A stretch of DNA of 64,000 nt from Octopus vulgaris (GCA_951406725.2 OX597815.1:122016001-122080000), one strand, 5' to 3'; positions 1 through 15,343 are shown, counted from the first letter of the stretch. Notes: a model not told the origin generated them from the sequence alone. A program made the numbers and translations.

Positions 1-309
1 CTTTAAGAGAAACGGGTATTTTTAATAAAATTCTCTACAAATGTCTTTCAGATGGTGTAGACTATGACTACATCAGAATTTAATGAGGAAAACAAAAATA
101 GTGGGTGGGAACACATACATACTGACATGTCGCATTTAAATCTACAGACTGAAACATGAAATTTTGAAAACCTTATGTTATGTGGATCAGTATGTCTGTG
201 TACGCACCCACCATTTATTCCTTTACATTAAATTCGATTTAATCACAATCCATATCATCTGAAAGGTATTTGTAGAAAATTTCATTAAAAAATAGCTGTT
301 TCCTGAAAG
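1..309. repeat. Degenerate long inverted repeat (MITE-like), probably continuing off the window edge
   Basis: ctttaagagaaacgggtatttttaataaaattctctacaaatgtctttcagatg pairs with catctgaaaggtatttgtagaaaatttcattaaaaaatagctgtttcctgaaag; inner arms (catacatactga / tcagtatgtctgtg) also pair. Confidence 0.75.
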
Positions 310-376
310 TTATGAGGAAATAAAGTCGGATTGGTGGTAAACACTGGTATAGGCATGTATGAATACATGTGTGTTG

Positions 377-419
<43 letters not shown>

Positions 420-827
420 ACACATTTTTTTTCCTATTTTTTACTTTTTAACGTTCCATGTCTTTGAGATATTAACATAGTTGTTAAGATAACTTTCTCC
501 CCTAACTCCCATATACTGTAAATGAAATGAACTTGTTAAATTCTTGTTACACTTCATATTCTTTGTAAAGTACTTTTGACATCACTATTTTATATTAACT
601 ACTAACTCCCACTTAGCTGTTACACAAATGCACACACACACATAGATAAATACAATTCTACCTGTATATACACATATATATACACACATATGCGCAACTT
701 AAGTAGAACTATTTTGATGAAGAGAGATTGGCGCTATATATATCTGTGTTCACTATATGTTCAATACATGTACTTAGATGTTGGGACGTAGAAGTTACAC
801 TTCAAACACACACAAACACACACATAA

Positions 828-858
<31 letters not shown>

Positions 859-919
859 CTTACATACATACATACATAAATAGATAGATAGGTAGATACA
901 TACATACATACATACATAA

Positions 920-957
<38 letters not shown>

Positions 958-1154
958 GAAGAGTGACAGAGAGGTGGAGAGAGAAAAAGCAAGAATAAGT
1001 GACGTCATAAACTTCGCTTCCTTACACGCTCATACACAGACATACACTGGTGGGGAGGGAGGGGGGAGAGAGACAAGTAGAGTGACGTCATAAACTTTAA
1101 TACATTACACATGTGCATGTGTGCACGTGCATGCAGACATGCACACATAAATAC

Positions 1155-1199
<45 letters not shown>

Positions 1200-1750
1200 T
1201 ACACATTCAGGTGAGGAGAGCGAGAAAGAGGTAGTGACAGCGTAAGAGCGAAAGAGGTGAGGAGAGGAAAGCTAGAATGAATGAGAGCGACATTACAAAC
1301 TTGACTACATATTCCTAAATTACTTTTCTCAACATTTTCTCTTTTTCACCTTTCCAACTTTTCTTTCCCTTTTCTCTAGTCGCGTTTACTTCTCAAAACT
1401 ACTCTACCTGCAGCTGTTTCCAATGCATATTCTACATCTCTGGCATTCAGTTTTTATCATCCCACTCCATTTCTCACTGTGTCTAACTTCTGCTATCCTT
1501 CTTCTCTCTCTCTCTCTTTCATTCTCCCTCTCCTTCTCTCGCTCTTTTTCTCTCTCTATCTGTTTATCTCTGTCTACCTGTGCCTGTCAATCTCTGTCTA
1601 TCTGCTTGTCCGTCTGTCTCTGTACATCTACCTCTTTCTATCTGTCTGCTTGTCAGTCTGTCTATCTCTGTCTCAGTCTCTTTCTCTCTCTCCCTCCCTC
1701 TCGGTATATACATAATGTGTGTGTGTGTGTATGTGTGTATCGCTCCCCTC

Positions 1751-1794
<44 letters not shown>

Positions 1795-2486
1795 TAATGG
1801 TAAAATATTTCTTTACCTTCACCCGTTTAATACAATAAATGAGTTAATTGCATTGCAATTAAAAACATTTATGTATTAAGAATTTGGGTACTATACCAAC
1901 AGTATATTGGATAAATACTATCCCTTAGTGGGTTGGATCCATAACCCCTAACTTACTTGGTGTTATATATATATATACAAAATATGGGGGTTTAGTTCGC
2001 AGGTGATCTAAACGACTAAATACGCTAGGTAAGTGCTGTAACGGATTACTAGGGCTCCAAGGTCATAGCCGAGACGGTAGTTACAGGGTCATTGCAGATT
2101 TCTGATATAGCGGATATATAATTGTTAAAGACGACAACACTATCAAGACTTTAACCTACATGATTTATGCAGGATTGCATCTAAGGACTTACGGACTTAC
2201 TTCTACATGATTGGAAAGCTGAACTGTGAACTTTTAAGCTTCTCTTTTCTTCTCATCCTTCATCTCCTTATTCCTTTACTCGTGTCCTCTATGTCGTAAT
2301 TTCATTAATCTATAATCTTCTCATTGTCTTCGATGGCAGAATATCCCATACTCTGTGATATCCCAGAAACAGGTGTAAGACTTTGAATTTTTTCCAATAA
2401 TAATAATGTATATGACTTGAGATGTTTACCTAGTTTTAACGTTTGTTGTCCTCTTTAACAATTATATATATATATATATATATATA

Positions 2487-3916
<1,430 letters not shown>

Positions 3917-6302
3917 CAGTAGTGCCTTGACTTATGAGTTTAATTCATTCTATGACGGAGCTCATAACTCAAATAACTTGTATATTAAATGAAATTTCAG
4001 CATTGAAATGAATTGAAATGCAATTAATTAGTTCCGGGGCCTCCAAAAAACACTGCAATTTTTCTATTGCGTGTCATTAAATGAGAAAAAATGTACTTAT
4101 AAATAACAAATATTGTATAAATATCAATACAATGTACTGTAATAAACCGATTTTATTAAATATAATGTACCTTGGAGATCAGACGATGGAGGAGAATGGC
4201 TGAACTGAATAACTGAATCTTATTCACTGGTTTTTGCTCTTGTCACTACGCTTTCCTCACTTTTATCTGTTTCATCCTCACTTTCAGAATGCTTCTGAAA
4301 TGAGTCAGGCAAGTGTCATTATATAGCACCATCACACGCCTAGGTGCAACTTTTTCTTGGTGTTTCTTTTAAATAAAGTCTGAAAATTTCTCCCACATTT
4401 CCAACATTTCCTTTATCGCAATGGTAGAGATAACTCCCTCCATCTCCTCTGCGTCACCTATTTCCTGCAAAACCTCCGTGTGCTGCTGCATCTGTATCTC
4501 TTTTAGCTCTTCCTCTGTCAGTTCCTCGGAATGCTCCTTGATGAGCTCGCAGATGTCACCTTCATCCACATCCAGGTCCATGGACTTGCCGAAGGATACA
4601 ATCTCTTCAACTACTGCCGCTTCGGGTTCCAGTTTTTCAAAGTCTGTTTCAGACACAACCTCAGGCCACGGCTCCTTCCATGCAGAGGTCAAGGTCATCT
4701 TTGTAACACCCTACTAGGCCATATCGATAATTCTGAGGCATATCACGATGTTATAGTGGTCCTTCCAGAACTCTCGAAGGTTTGTGCTCCCCGTCACCTC
4801 AAAGCAGTGGCGGAGCAGGTGCTTGGGGAAGAGCTTCTTGAAACTAGAAATCTCCTACTGGTCCATGAGTTGCAGGATATGGGTGGTGTTGGGTGGAAGG
4901 TAGAGAACCTTTATAAATTTGAACCCTTCAAGGATGTCATTTTCGAGCTTAGGTGGATGAGCAGGTGCATGACCTGGACGAGAAGGGCTTGCAGGGGTAG
5001 GTTATTTTCCTGGAGATATTTCTTAACGTCAGGACCAAAGACAAAATTCACCCACTCCACAATGAACTGCTTGGTGACCCATGCCCTTGGATTTGCCCTC
5101 CACATAACTTGCAGTTTCTCTTTCAGAATCTTAAGTGATTTAAAGGCAGGTCTTGGTCTACTCATCAATCAATCTCTTTAAATCACAGGCTTTTCCCTAC
5201 GATAAACGAGCAGCAGCTTAATCTAGCAGTCGCTGCTCGCATTGGCACACAGTGCAAGGGTTAGCCTATCCTTTTCTCCTCTGCCATTATATAAGTCCTC
5301 CTTGGCATCTTCTTCCAAAATCCTGTCTCATCACAGTTGAAGACTTGATGGCGGATGTATCCTTCGGCTGTGATAATTCCGGCAAAAGTTTTGCGGTAAT
5401 CCATCATGTTCGCTCTCGCTGCTTCACCATGCCCGACAAGAGAATGAATATCAGTCCTCTTTTTAAAATTCTCGAACCAACCTCGCCTAGCTTTAAATGG
5501 CTCACCTAATGCCTCGTCCGTACAAGTGCCTGAAGTTTGCTGCAACAAATCAGCGTAAATAGCTCATGCTTTCTCATGGATTATAGCCTCTATCACGGTA
5601 TCTCCTATGAGCTGCTTCTCCATCAACCACATCATCAGTAGCTTCTCCATATTTTCATGGATAGATGCCTGCTGTTTAGAAATTATTTTAATGCCCTTGA
5701 CTGGCGTTATAGCATTTATCGACTCCTGTTTCAGTATGGTGCAGATCATAGTAGTGCTACACTCGTACTGCTTCGCCATGTTGACTACACGCACACTTTG
5801 ATCATGTTTTTCGATAATTTCTTTCTTTAATTCAATGCACATCATCCGCTTCTTCTCACCATTGTCCTTCGCACTCATTTTCTTTGGACCTATGGTTGGA
5901 AAAACGAAGTTTTGCAAAATAACTGCAAGCACAATTGCGAGCCCAACACTGATGTTTCTGTAGCCTGCAATGACTAAGTAAGCATTTTACTACCCATCTA
6001 GTTAACGATCCTCTAACAATCTTTGTACTTGCTAATGCGCATGTCTGTCTAGCTCTCGATCTACTAAAGATCTTCATATTTGCTGACGTGCATATCTGTC
6101 TAGCTATCGAGTGAGATAAGGGTGTTGGGTAGATGTTAGGCGTCCATTGTGGCATTCGCTATGCCAACTAGCGGTGGGGTATCTGATGCTGGCTTGTAAC
6201 CCGAATTTTAGCTCGCAACACAAAGCAAAAAATTCGGCCAAGAGAGGGCTCGTATCTTGAAAAACTTGTTAGTTGGGACATTCGTAAGTCAAGGTACCAT
6301 TG
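3917..6302 (-). mobile_element. Full-length decayed Tigger/pogo DNA transposon (~2.4 kb)
   Basis: TIRs cagtagtgccttgacttatga and tcgtaagtcaaggtaccattg, flanked by TA. Frameshifted transposase pieces: CENP-B-like HTH (5564-5932), FKARRGWFENFKKR and QVFNCDETG (5261-5548), WRANPRAWVT (4911-5168), acidic C-terminus (4369-4698). Confidence 0.92.
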
Positions 6303-6412
6303 TATATATATATGTATAAGCATATAAATGTGGAACAAGGTGGGAAAAATAGTACTCAAATACTGGAAGTAGAGTAATATGCTTTATTATTTAAGCTACA
6401 AAAACATCACAA

Positions 6413-6458
6413 AAAACTGCTACTCAGAGTTTCATGTTCCCGTTGGTCAGACAGTTTT
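6413..6458 (-). ncRNA. Degenerate minimal hammerhead ribozyme motif
   Basis: Minus strand reads aaaactgt-CTGACCA-acgggaacat-GAAA-ctctgag-TA-gcagtttt: 8-bp stem I, short stem II, pseudo-palindromic stem III, with a G8>C change in the core. Confidence 0.6.
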
Positions 6459-6616
6459 GACTGAGAATGGAACAAAAATTAAGGTTATCTGTATAAATAT
6501 ACAATTTACATTGACAGATAAAAATTTGAAATTTGTCTCATTTCATTGGACATTTCAACTAACAGTCAAGCTGCTGTAGTAAATCTCCTTTGTTATCGTT
6601 TGGTTTGGGTTTAAAA

Positions 6617-7552
6617 GTTCAAAGTGGGCTAAACCTTTCATATCCCACCAAACAGATAACAACACCTTATATGGGTGAAGACCTTCTTTAACCCGGGGTG
6701 TCGGTGTTTCTCCTTTCCCTACCCACTATCTTCGGCACTTGACATTTTTATAGAGAACTCATTTCTCATCACCAGTTACTATTTGGTCCAAATAAAGTTC
6801 GTTTGTAAGACATGACAGCAAAGAAGAGCACACATTCACTCTCTGCGTGCGATTAGACTCAGAAAGTTTGTGAAGAACCCATTGTCCCAATTTGCTGACT
6901 TTTCTGATGGCATGTAAGTATCGATGAATGGTTGAATAACCAAATCCAAGCTTCTCTGCTAGTTCCTCAACAGTTATGATGGTATTTTGTTCCACCACTG
7001 TTTGTTGGACGTCCTTCTTGAGTTCTACAGATCTTCCAGGATGAGGCTCGTCTTCTAGACTGTTGTTTCCAGCTCGGAATTTCTGTTCAAAGTGGGCTAA
7101 ACCTTTCATATCCCACCAAACAGATAACAACACCTTATATGGGTGAAGACCTTCTTTAACCCAGGGTGTCGGTGTTTCTCCTTTCCCTACCCACTATCTT
7201 CAGCACTTGACATTTTTATAGAGAACTCATTACTCATCACCACCGTTGACACTGGCTTACGTTTATTGTCCAATTCCCATATACTGCATTAATTTTCCTT
7301 GCGCTTTCTGTTGCGTTCGTGTCTTTATTTAACTCATAAAGCAAAATATGCCAAATATGCTCCTTTGCCACTTCCCTTATAACTTCGGAAAAATAACTCT
7401 TAAAATCGAACTGCACTCTTCAAAACTTGCACTAAGAATTAGGACAAAGTAAAATTACTTCCTGCTTTTATAGTAAGTTGATGCAAGTAGTTTATCACAT
7501 CCCCCTCCGACTTAGTTCATGTAATTGAAAAAAAACGCATTATTTATGGGAT
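6617..7552 (-). mobile_element. Rearranged mariner (Tc1/mariner) fragment with an internal ~160-bp duplication
   Basis: ORF 6759-7133 carries WVLHKL (WVPHEL-like), IVTGDEK and LSVWWD. Terminal cattatttatgggatga is shared with the copy at 44137-44852. 6617-6775 is repeated at 7085-7242. Confidence 0.85.
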
Positions 7553-7568
7553 GATGCAATATACACAA

Positions 7569-7601
<33 letters not shown>

Positions 7602-7662
7602 CATACATACATACATACATACATACAAACATACATACATATATATATATATACATACACAT

Positions 7663-7700
<38 letters not shown>

Positions 7701-8191
7701 TACACACACATATATGTATGCATATCTGTCTATCTGTTTGTTTGTCTATCTATCTATCTATCTTTGTATCACTTTTATTCTCCTTTCTCTCTCTGCCCTT
7801 CCCTCTCCCAACCTCCAACTCCAGTTATCTGGTATATTATAACTGATTTCTACAGCGAAAACACACACATACACACGCTGTACTTCTTCACACTGGATTT
7901 CAAAAGAATATTTTAATAATATATATTGTAATTTATTTAGACTTCTCATCTAGTGATAAAAGTAAAATATATTAGTTCATGCGAGTGATGCTTCAATGCA
8001 AGATAAAAATGAAAAGATTAAAATGTCTAAATTTATTACAATCATGCAAGAATTTTGTTTTGATTTTTATTGAGTTGATGTTAAACTCAATTGTATAGAC
8101 AATTTAACTTAACTGTTTAAAGTACTCTCAGAATGGTTTTAATCAATTGCTATTTTTTTTCATGGATTCAACTAGGGTTAAAATAATCTTC

Positions 8192-8298
<107 letters not shown>

Positions 8299-8307
8299 GT
8301 ATGTATG

Positions 8308-8430
<123 letters not shown>

Positions 8431-8619
8431 AAATTGTAGTTGTGATACCTGTGCCGGTGGTATTAAAAAGCATCATCCGAACATGCCGATGCCAGCGCTG
8501 CCTTGACTGGCTGTCAGGGCAGAAACCCATGCCGCCATTTCTTCAGTTATTGGGCCATCGGAAAAAATGCTATGAAAATGACCGTTAAACAAAGGAAAAT
8601 TACTGTGTGATTGACCATT

Positions 8620-11210
8620 ACTTAACATCTCTTGTCCATGCTGGCATGGGTTGGATGGTTTGACCAGAGCTGGCAAGCTGCGGGGCTGCACAGTCTCCAG
8701 TCTGATTTTGCCATAGTTTCTGCAGCTGGATGCCTTTCCTAACATCAGTCACTCCAAGAGTGTAATGAGTGCTTTTACATGCCACCGGCACAGGTATCAG
8801 ATGTCGTGACACCAGTATCTGCCACAACTATGGTTTTACTTGGCTTGATGGGGCTTCTCAAGCATAGCATAGTGCTAAAGGTTGCAGCCATTTGTCATTG
8901 CCTCTATGAGGCCAACCGCTCAAAAGGTGCTTTTTATGTACCACCACCATAAGTGCCAGTTACATGACACCAGCATTGGCCACATTGCCTCTGTGTGGTC
9001 CAATGCTGAAAAGGTGCTTTTTATGTGCCACCACCATAAGTGCCAGTTACATGACACCAGCATTGGCCACATCGCCTCCATGTGGCCCAATGCTGAAAAG
9101 GTGCTTTTTATGTGCCACCAACATAAGTGCCAGTTACATGACACCAGCATTGGCCACATCGCCTCCATGTGGCCCAATGCTGAAAAGGTGCTTTTTATGT
9201 GCCACCACCATAAGTGCCAGTTCCATGACACTGGCATTGATCATGACTATGATTTCACTTGGCTTGACACTTGGCTTCTCAAGCATGGCATATCATCAAT
9301 AGTCTCAGTCACTAGTCATTGTCACTGTGAGGCCCAATGTTTGAAGATCATTCCTCACCACCTCATCCCATGTCTTCCTGGGTCTATCTCTTCCACAAGC
9401 TCCCTCCACAATTAGAAATCGGTACTTCTTTATACAACTGTCCTCCTCCATATGCATCACATGACCATACTAGTGCAGCTGTCTCTCTTGCACACCACAT
9501 CTGATGCCTCTTATGCCCAACTCTCAAGACCCTCACACTCTGTCACACATGCACACTGACATTGCACATCTAGCAAAGCATAATAGCTTCATTTCTTTCA
9601 AGCTTATGCATGACCTCAGTGGCCACAGCCCATATTTCACTGCCATGTAGCATAGCTATTCACATACAGGCATCATACAGTCTGCCTTCATTCTGAAGGA
9701 GGGGCCCTTTGTTGCTAACAGAGGTAGGAGCTCACTGAACTTTGCTCATCCTAATATTATTCTTGCAGCATGCTCTCACAGTACCCGCCTCCACTACTAA
9801 CCTGGTCACTTAGATAATGGGAGCTACCAACTACCTTTAGCTTACCCACCTGGCATTTTTAGTGTTTATTGTACCTGTGCACCTTCCACACACCAGATAT
9901 TTTAAGCATCTCAATGATTATTCCAGATGGACAGGGGGCTTTCCCTATCTTCGTATTCTTCATGGCTTTTTCTACCATGCTACTGTCTATTTGGATAGCT
10001 CTGTTGGATCCACACTAGGCGGACTCTCCCTCTCCCATGAGTTCTATACATTTAGTAACTCTTTATAGTGGCACTTTCAAGTCTCCCTCTTTGCAGGGTC
10101 ACTAACTGTCAGTGACTCATCATCCATGCAAACACATTTCTCTCCTACCACATTACGATTTTCTCTGACACACTGTCTTGCAATCTAAAACACTTCAAGC
10201 TTCTGGTCTTCGTGACACAGAACATTGGTAACCTTCCCCCTCTCTGCTTCTTCCCTGGCTAAATACCCTTTTCTTCCAGACCTCCCAGGCCTGTTTCTTT
10301 GCTCTAATGGCCGTGTCTACAGCATTGTTCTATCGACATGTTACCTTAGTTCTGGTTGGGACTTTGTACCAGCTGCAGATTTGGTCTGTGGCACTTAGCA
10401 AGCTTTTCTGCAGGAATTCCCAATTGCCCTCTATGTTGCAAGTCAGTAGTTCCTCCTCCTTGTCAAATTTCTCAGAATGTCCCTAAACCTCTGACCATAT
10501 AAAGGATCCTAAGCTTCCAGATTGGTCTGCTTCTAGGCAACCTTCTGGCCTGAAGTCTAAAGTCACTGATGACTAGTTTATGCTGGGGTGGTGGGGGGGT
10601 ACATTCTTCACCCGGGAAGGTCTTTGCATTTATGAGTGACCATACATCTCAGTGTCTGGTGAGAATGTAATCAATCTGGCTAGTGTGGTCACCCAATTGA
10701 TAGGTAAACAGGTGACTAGCTGAATTCCTGAAGTTGGTGTTGCAGATAATCTAGTTATTTGCATCATAGAACTCAAGTAGCTTTGTTCCCTCTTAATTTT
10801 GGGAACCAATTCTATGACCCCCATGTACTCCATGGAAGGTACCTGGCTGCTGTTCAACATGTCCATTGAAATCACCAGTCCCAAAGATGAGATCATTGTT
10901 ATTTATCTTTGAGGTAACCAGTCAAAGGATATCATAAAAGCAGTACTTCTGTTCATTTAGTAGCCCCACCTGGGGGCATAGGTAGAGATGATTGTTGCTG
11001 TAATATTCTGTAAGACTATCCTGAACTTAAGTACTCTCTCACACACTCTAACTACCTCTAAGACCTTATCAGCCCATTTTTTTGTGAGAAGTATGCCCAC
11101 ATCACCGACCCTGTCACAGTTACTTTCCCAGAAGATTTTATACCTGTTTCTTGCCTGTGAGAACCTGGGCAAAGCTCCCCTCCACCTTACTTCTTGAATG
11201 CAACATGCAT
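8620..11210 (-). mobile_element. Decayed RTE LINE copy with APE endonuclease and C-terminal remnants; RT core not seen
   Basis: 10957-11172 translates YKIFW...VGILL...VVRVCERVLKFRIVL...IISTYAP (APE). C-terminal remnant at ~9330-9900; family 3'UTR at 8620-9300. Confidence 0.8.
8897..9240. repeat. 87-bp tandem repeat (~4 copies) in the RTE 3'UTR
   Basis: caatgctgaaaaggtgc at 9001, 9088 and 9175. Confidence 0.9.
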
Positions 11211-11514
11211 GTGACTACCTCTATGACATTATTAAATTGTTTCTTTCTGCCTCATTTAAGGGAGCAAAGCGTTAACTTTTCAGCCTTTCAAAGTAGCTGA
11301 CATGTTGCACTGAGGCTATCTTTTTAGTGTAACTTTGCTGGATTGCTTCAAGTTCTGCCATTAATTTTACTATCTCTCTCTCTCACACACACACACATAT
11401 ATTAACTAGAGAGTAGACAAGCAAGGGAAAGCAACATCCACCACATTATCTGTGGATATCTGATATCTGATAAGATGGAGACATTCTTTGCACAATATAT
11501 GTATATATATATAT

Positions 11515-12133
11515 TCCTTCACCTCACCAAGGAAATGTCTAGTGACCGAGACTTTTGGAAATATGCCGTGCGTGAGAAGACCCGGCAAGCCAAATGAGAC
11601 CATAATCTCATGGCCTATGCCAGGGACGTAACCAGCCCACTTATGCGTACCTTTTCCTTCTTTGGACACTAAAATTCTGCTTGCGAAGACCTGTTGAGGC
11701 AAGTGAAATCAAAATCAAAATCAAACTCAAAATCAATTCGATGACTGGCGTCCGTGATAGCAGGGTGCAAAGAGCACCATACGAGTGTGATCATTGACAG
11801 AGCGGCTAACTGGCTTCAGTGCCAGTGGCACTTAAAAGGCACCATTCGAGCATGATCGTTACCAGCGTCGCCTTACTAGCACCCGTGCCAGTGGCATGTG
11901 TAAAAGATTCGAGTGAGGTCGTTGGCAGTACCGCCTGACTGACCCCATGCCGGTGGCACGTAAAAGCACCCACTATACTCTCGGAGCAGTTGGCATTAGG
12001 AAGGGCATCCAGCTGTAGAAACTCTGCCAGATCAGATTGAAGCCTGGTGCAGCCATCTGGTTTGCCAGCCCTCAGTCATTCATCCAACCCATGCTAGCAT
12101 GGTAAGCGGACGTTAAACGATGATGATGATGAT
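11515..12133 (+). mobile_element. RTE LINE 3' end
   Basis: Family 3'UTR (aaaagcacccact...gaagggcatccagctgtagaaac...aacccatgctagcatgg...gacgttaaac(gat)n). Confidence 0.8.
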
Positions 12134-12142
12134 GTATGTATA

Positions 12143-12186
<44 letters not shown>

Positions 12187-14504
12187 CATACACACATATA
12201 CAATATTAACAACCATGTTGGATCAAGTAAAGTTTCCAGATGGTTTCATTTGAACTTACACTTCTTTAAGCAGTATAGTTATGTTAGATAGATGTGAATA
12301 CAAATTAAATTATAATAGCTTTAAACTTGGAAAACTTTCAAAAGTAAATAGAAAAACCAACATAGATGTAATGTTTGTATGTTCAATGATCACTGAGAGT
12401 ATTTCAAATATACAGTGAAATTAATATTGGAAATTAATATCAATTAAAGTTTAATTCATTAATCATTTAGTCAGAACTCAAAGACTTCTTTATTTTAAAA
12501 TTTTTAATCAGAAAATGTTTGAAAAAAAAAAAAGAAAAAAATCAGAGTAAGGTTTAAATGGAAAGCAAATTACTTTGAACAACTGAATGGTAGAATATAT
12601 ATATATTTATATATATAGAAGGGAAATAATCCAAATTGAAATTTATAACTTTCAAACCATGATGTATTATAGCTGCATTATTCTTTTTTTCCTAGAAAAA
12701 ATAAAAGAAAAAGAGCAAGAAATCATGTTTGATGAAATTTTGGCAATCAAATAGATAAATTTTCTACTAATTTTATTATCTCATCCAGATGAGTAAATGT
12801 TTAACATTAATGTCAGTTCATTATTAGGAAGAACAAAGGGAAACACCATCTTTAATGTATTTCAAACCAACCACACTTGATAACTTTCAGAGTCACATTA
12901 ACTTTAACAGGACATTATCTTAACTCAGAGACTTTCACAGGAAATTAAAATATTTAAATTGAATTTATTTGCTGAACTTATGCAATAGCTCATATGCAAA
13001 ATTGTTTTTTCTTTTTTTTTTCCTGGAATTAATATTGGAAAGTTCTAGTCAACTTATTAAAAAACCAAACTAAGCAAAATACAGATTTTAAGTCACAGAG
13101 ACAAGAGTTCAAGGAACTTCAAAGCTATATCATGAACATGTGAAGTTTGTAATGAAGGTTGAATGGTATGTACTGTAGAGTGATTGTCCAATTACATTCA
13201 GATTAAATATGTTATTTCTGTTAAAACACGCCAATTTTATTTCAATTAATTTTGAAAATATTGAGTAATTTAGCAAAATAACTGTCATTATTTGGTTGAT
13301 TTTTAGAAAATGAATCAACTTGAAGTTTTGATGAGTTTTAATTTAATTTAAAACAGGAAGTTTGTACCATGGTATCACAGGTGACCTAAGGCAGGTTTGT
13401 ATCAAAAAGTTGGTGGACTGGATTTAAATTAATTTTTAACGTTGTATACAATTTATGATCTATTCCAACACACATACACTATGATGCTTTTCTTTATTGC
13501 AATTATGACCAAAAGTATATTTTGATTCGATAAGAAATGCATCATTGGTGTTTCTTTTCATATTCAGAGGAAAGCTATAGTTGTATTACAAAAACCAAGA
13601 GGCATTAAGTCCATTTTATATGCATTATAGAGTACCATTCTATACATGTCTTTCCTGTAATCATTGACTTGCAACTATTCAAGTGAAACATCAATGACGT
13701 CAATCTCACTGGCTTTAGATGTACTTCAAAGACCGTAGCATAACCAATTTCTCCAACCCAATAAATGAAAAAAATATGATGCATAAGGTTTGAAGCAGTT
13801 CATATTTTAAGTGTTGTTTGTTCTTTGTGAAGAAAATGAAATGACCATGGAATGTTTATTGTGAAGTCTAACAGCAGAGAAATTTTACAAGTTTTTAATC
13901 TTCTCTAGTACATATTTGATTTGATCCTCACATCTTAGATTAGAGGTCATTTCTCCCCCTATTTGTTTAGAGATAATTATAAATCCAATAAATTTTTTTT
14001 TTGTTAAAAGTTACCAATCAGCTGGCTAAAGTACTTAAAACTCAAACTGTTGTTCCATCTAAATCAAAATTTAATAAATTAGATTTTAAAAACAAACAAT
14101 GCACTAGGTAATGATAATTCTTCCGTATGTTGTAATGATGGCATTACAAAAACTGCATCTCAAAGACTGACCTTTCTCTCCGAGTCTAGAAAATTTTTGT
14201 GAGACACTACTTAGAACAACTAAAAGTGAAACATGTACCACAAGAATAAAAATATGTGCAATTTTGAGCAGAGCCCACTGTTCTTATTTTTTCATTTAAC
14301 ATTAAATTGATTTTGAGTGAAGATTACCAACAGTCGTTTTCCAATTCAAAGGATTATAAATGAATATACATGAACTTGATGATATTATGTTCCTTACAGT
14401 TATGTCCATGGATAAAGATCTCAAAAACATCCCATGATGTAATTGATATTGACATATTGTGATCCTTTTTATTCATATAAAGAGAGAAATATAATTATTT
14501 GTAG

Positions 14505-14685
14505 TTTAGGCATATGACCAGCAATTTGAAGGGACAACGTTTGTTAATGCCATCAGCCCAGTGCTGAACAAATACTTTATTTTATCAACACTGAAAGGAT
14601 AAAGAGTGAAATTGACTCCTGTGGGATTTGAACACAGAATGTAAAGAATTTCATTCACTGATCTCATCATCCCGCCAGCTCACCA
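14505..14685 (-). mobile_element. Decayed tRNA-derived SINE (family B)
   Basis: aaaggataaagagtgaaattgactc...gatttgaac block shared with the other family-B copies. Confidence 0.6.
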
Positions 14686-14802
14686 TATTTATATATAGAA
14701 ATATAATTATGAAGCATTTAATTAAAATAATAAAATCAAGTTATTCAAACTTTGTGTTGATTGCTATAATTAACATCAAATTTATACAAATACCCTACTC
14801 AC

Positions 14803-14962
14803 CTCGTACTATGAGTACACATTGTGTTTCTGTGATAGTTCCATCACTTTCAGTTGCTATACATGAATAAATTCCTGAGTCACTGTTTTGGACATTTTTT
14901 ATATGTAGGGTCAAATTTCCACTGTCATCAGTGATCATTCGTCTACGTTTGTCCTTTTCAAT
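14803..14962 (-). CDS. Internal exon: C-terminal part of an Ig I-set domain
   Basis: Acceptor tttctgtttctag|ATT and donor G|gtgagt, 160 bp, phase 0 to 1. Translates IEKDKRRRMITDDSGNLTLHIKNVQNSDSGIYSCIATESDGTITETQCVLIVR, containing the LTLxIxNVxxxDSGxYSCxA Ig signature. Confidence 0.88.
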
Positions 14963-15057
14963 CTAGAAACAGAAATTCACATGCTTGTTGTATTTAGAAA
15001 ATAAACTCAAGACTAAAGAGGAACTCAGTATAGAATGTATGAGAATGTATAACTACA

Positions 15058-15118
<61 letters not shown>

Positions 15119-15247
15119 CGTTATACACTATAATGTATATATTTATATAAGAGTTTGCATATAGTTTGTGTATAGAAGAATATATTAATCAATGAAATCC
15201 CAGCTTAGTCTGATTATCACATTTTATTTGCAATTTTTACAATTTTG

Positions 15248-15293
15248 AAATAGACTAGTACTTTCATGCATTATACAATCATCAGGTTTATGT
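15248..15293 (-). ncRNA. Minimal hammerhead ribozyme motif (second arm, stems slightly decayed)
   Basis: Minus strand reads acataaac-CTGATGA-ttgta(taa)tgcat-GAAA-gtac-TA-gtctattt. Confidence 0.7.
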
Positions 15294-15343
15294 AGTGACA
15301 GTGATGTTCTACAGTTGACAACTTGTGGAACACAACAGTCACT

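Noticed and set aside
1000-1090. Two TGACGTCA (CRE) sites; others at 13695 and 62406
   Set aside because: The pair lies in a repeat-like, microsatellite-rich block with no promoter evidence.
8882-9415. Regular repeats resembling a CRISPR array or a His/Cys repeat protein
   Set aside because: No unique spacers or cas genes; it is an 87-bp tandem repeat in an RTE 3'UTR of a eukaryote.
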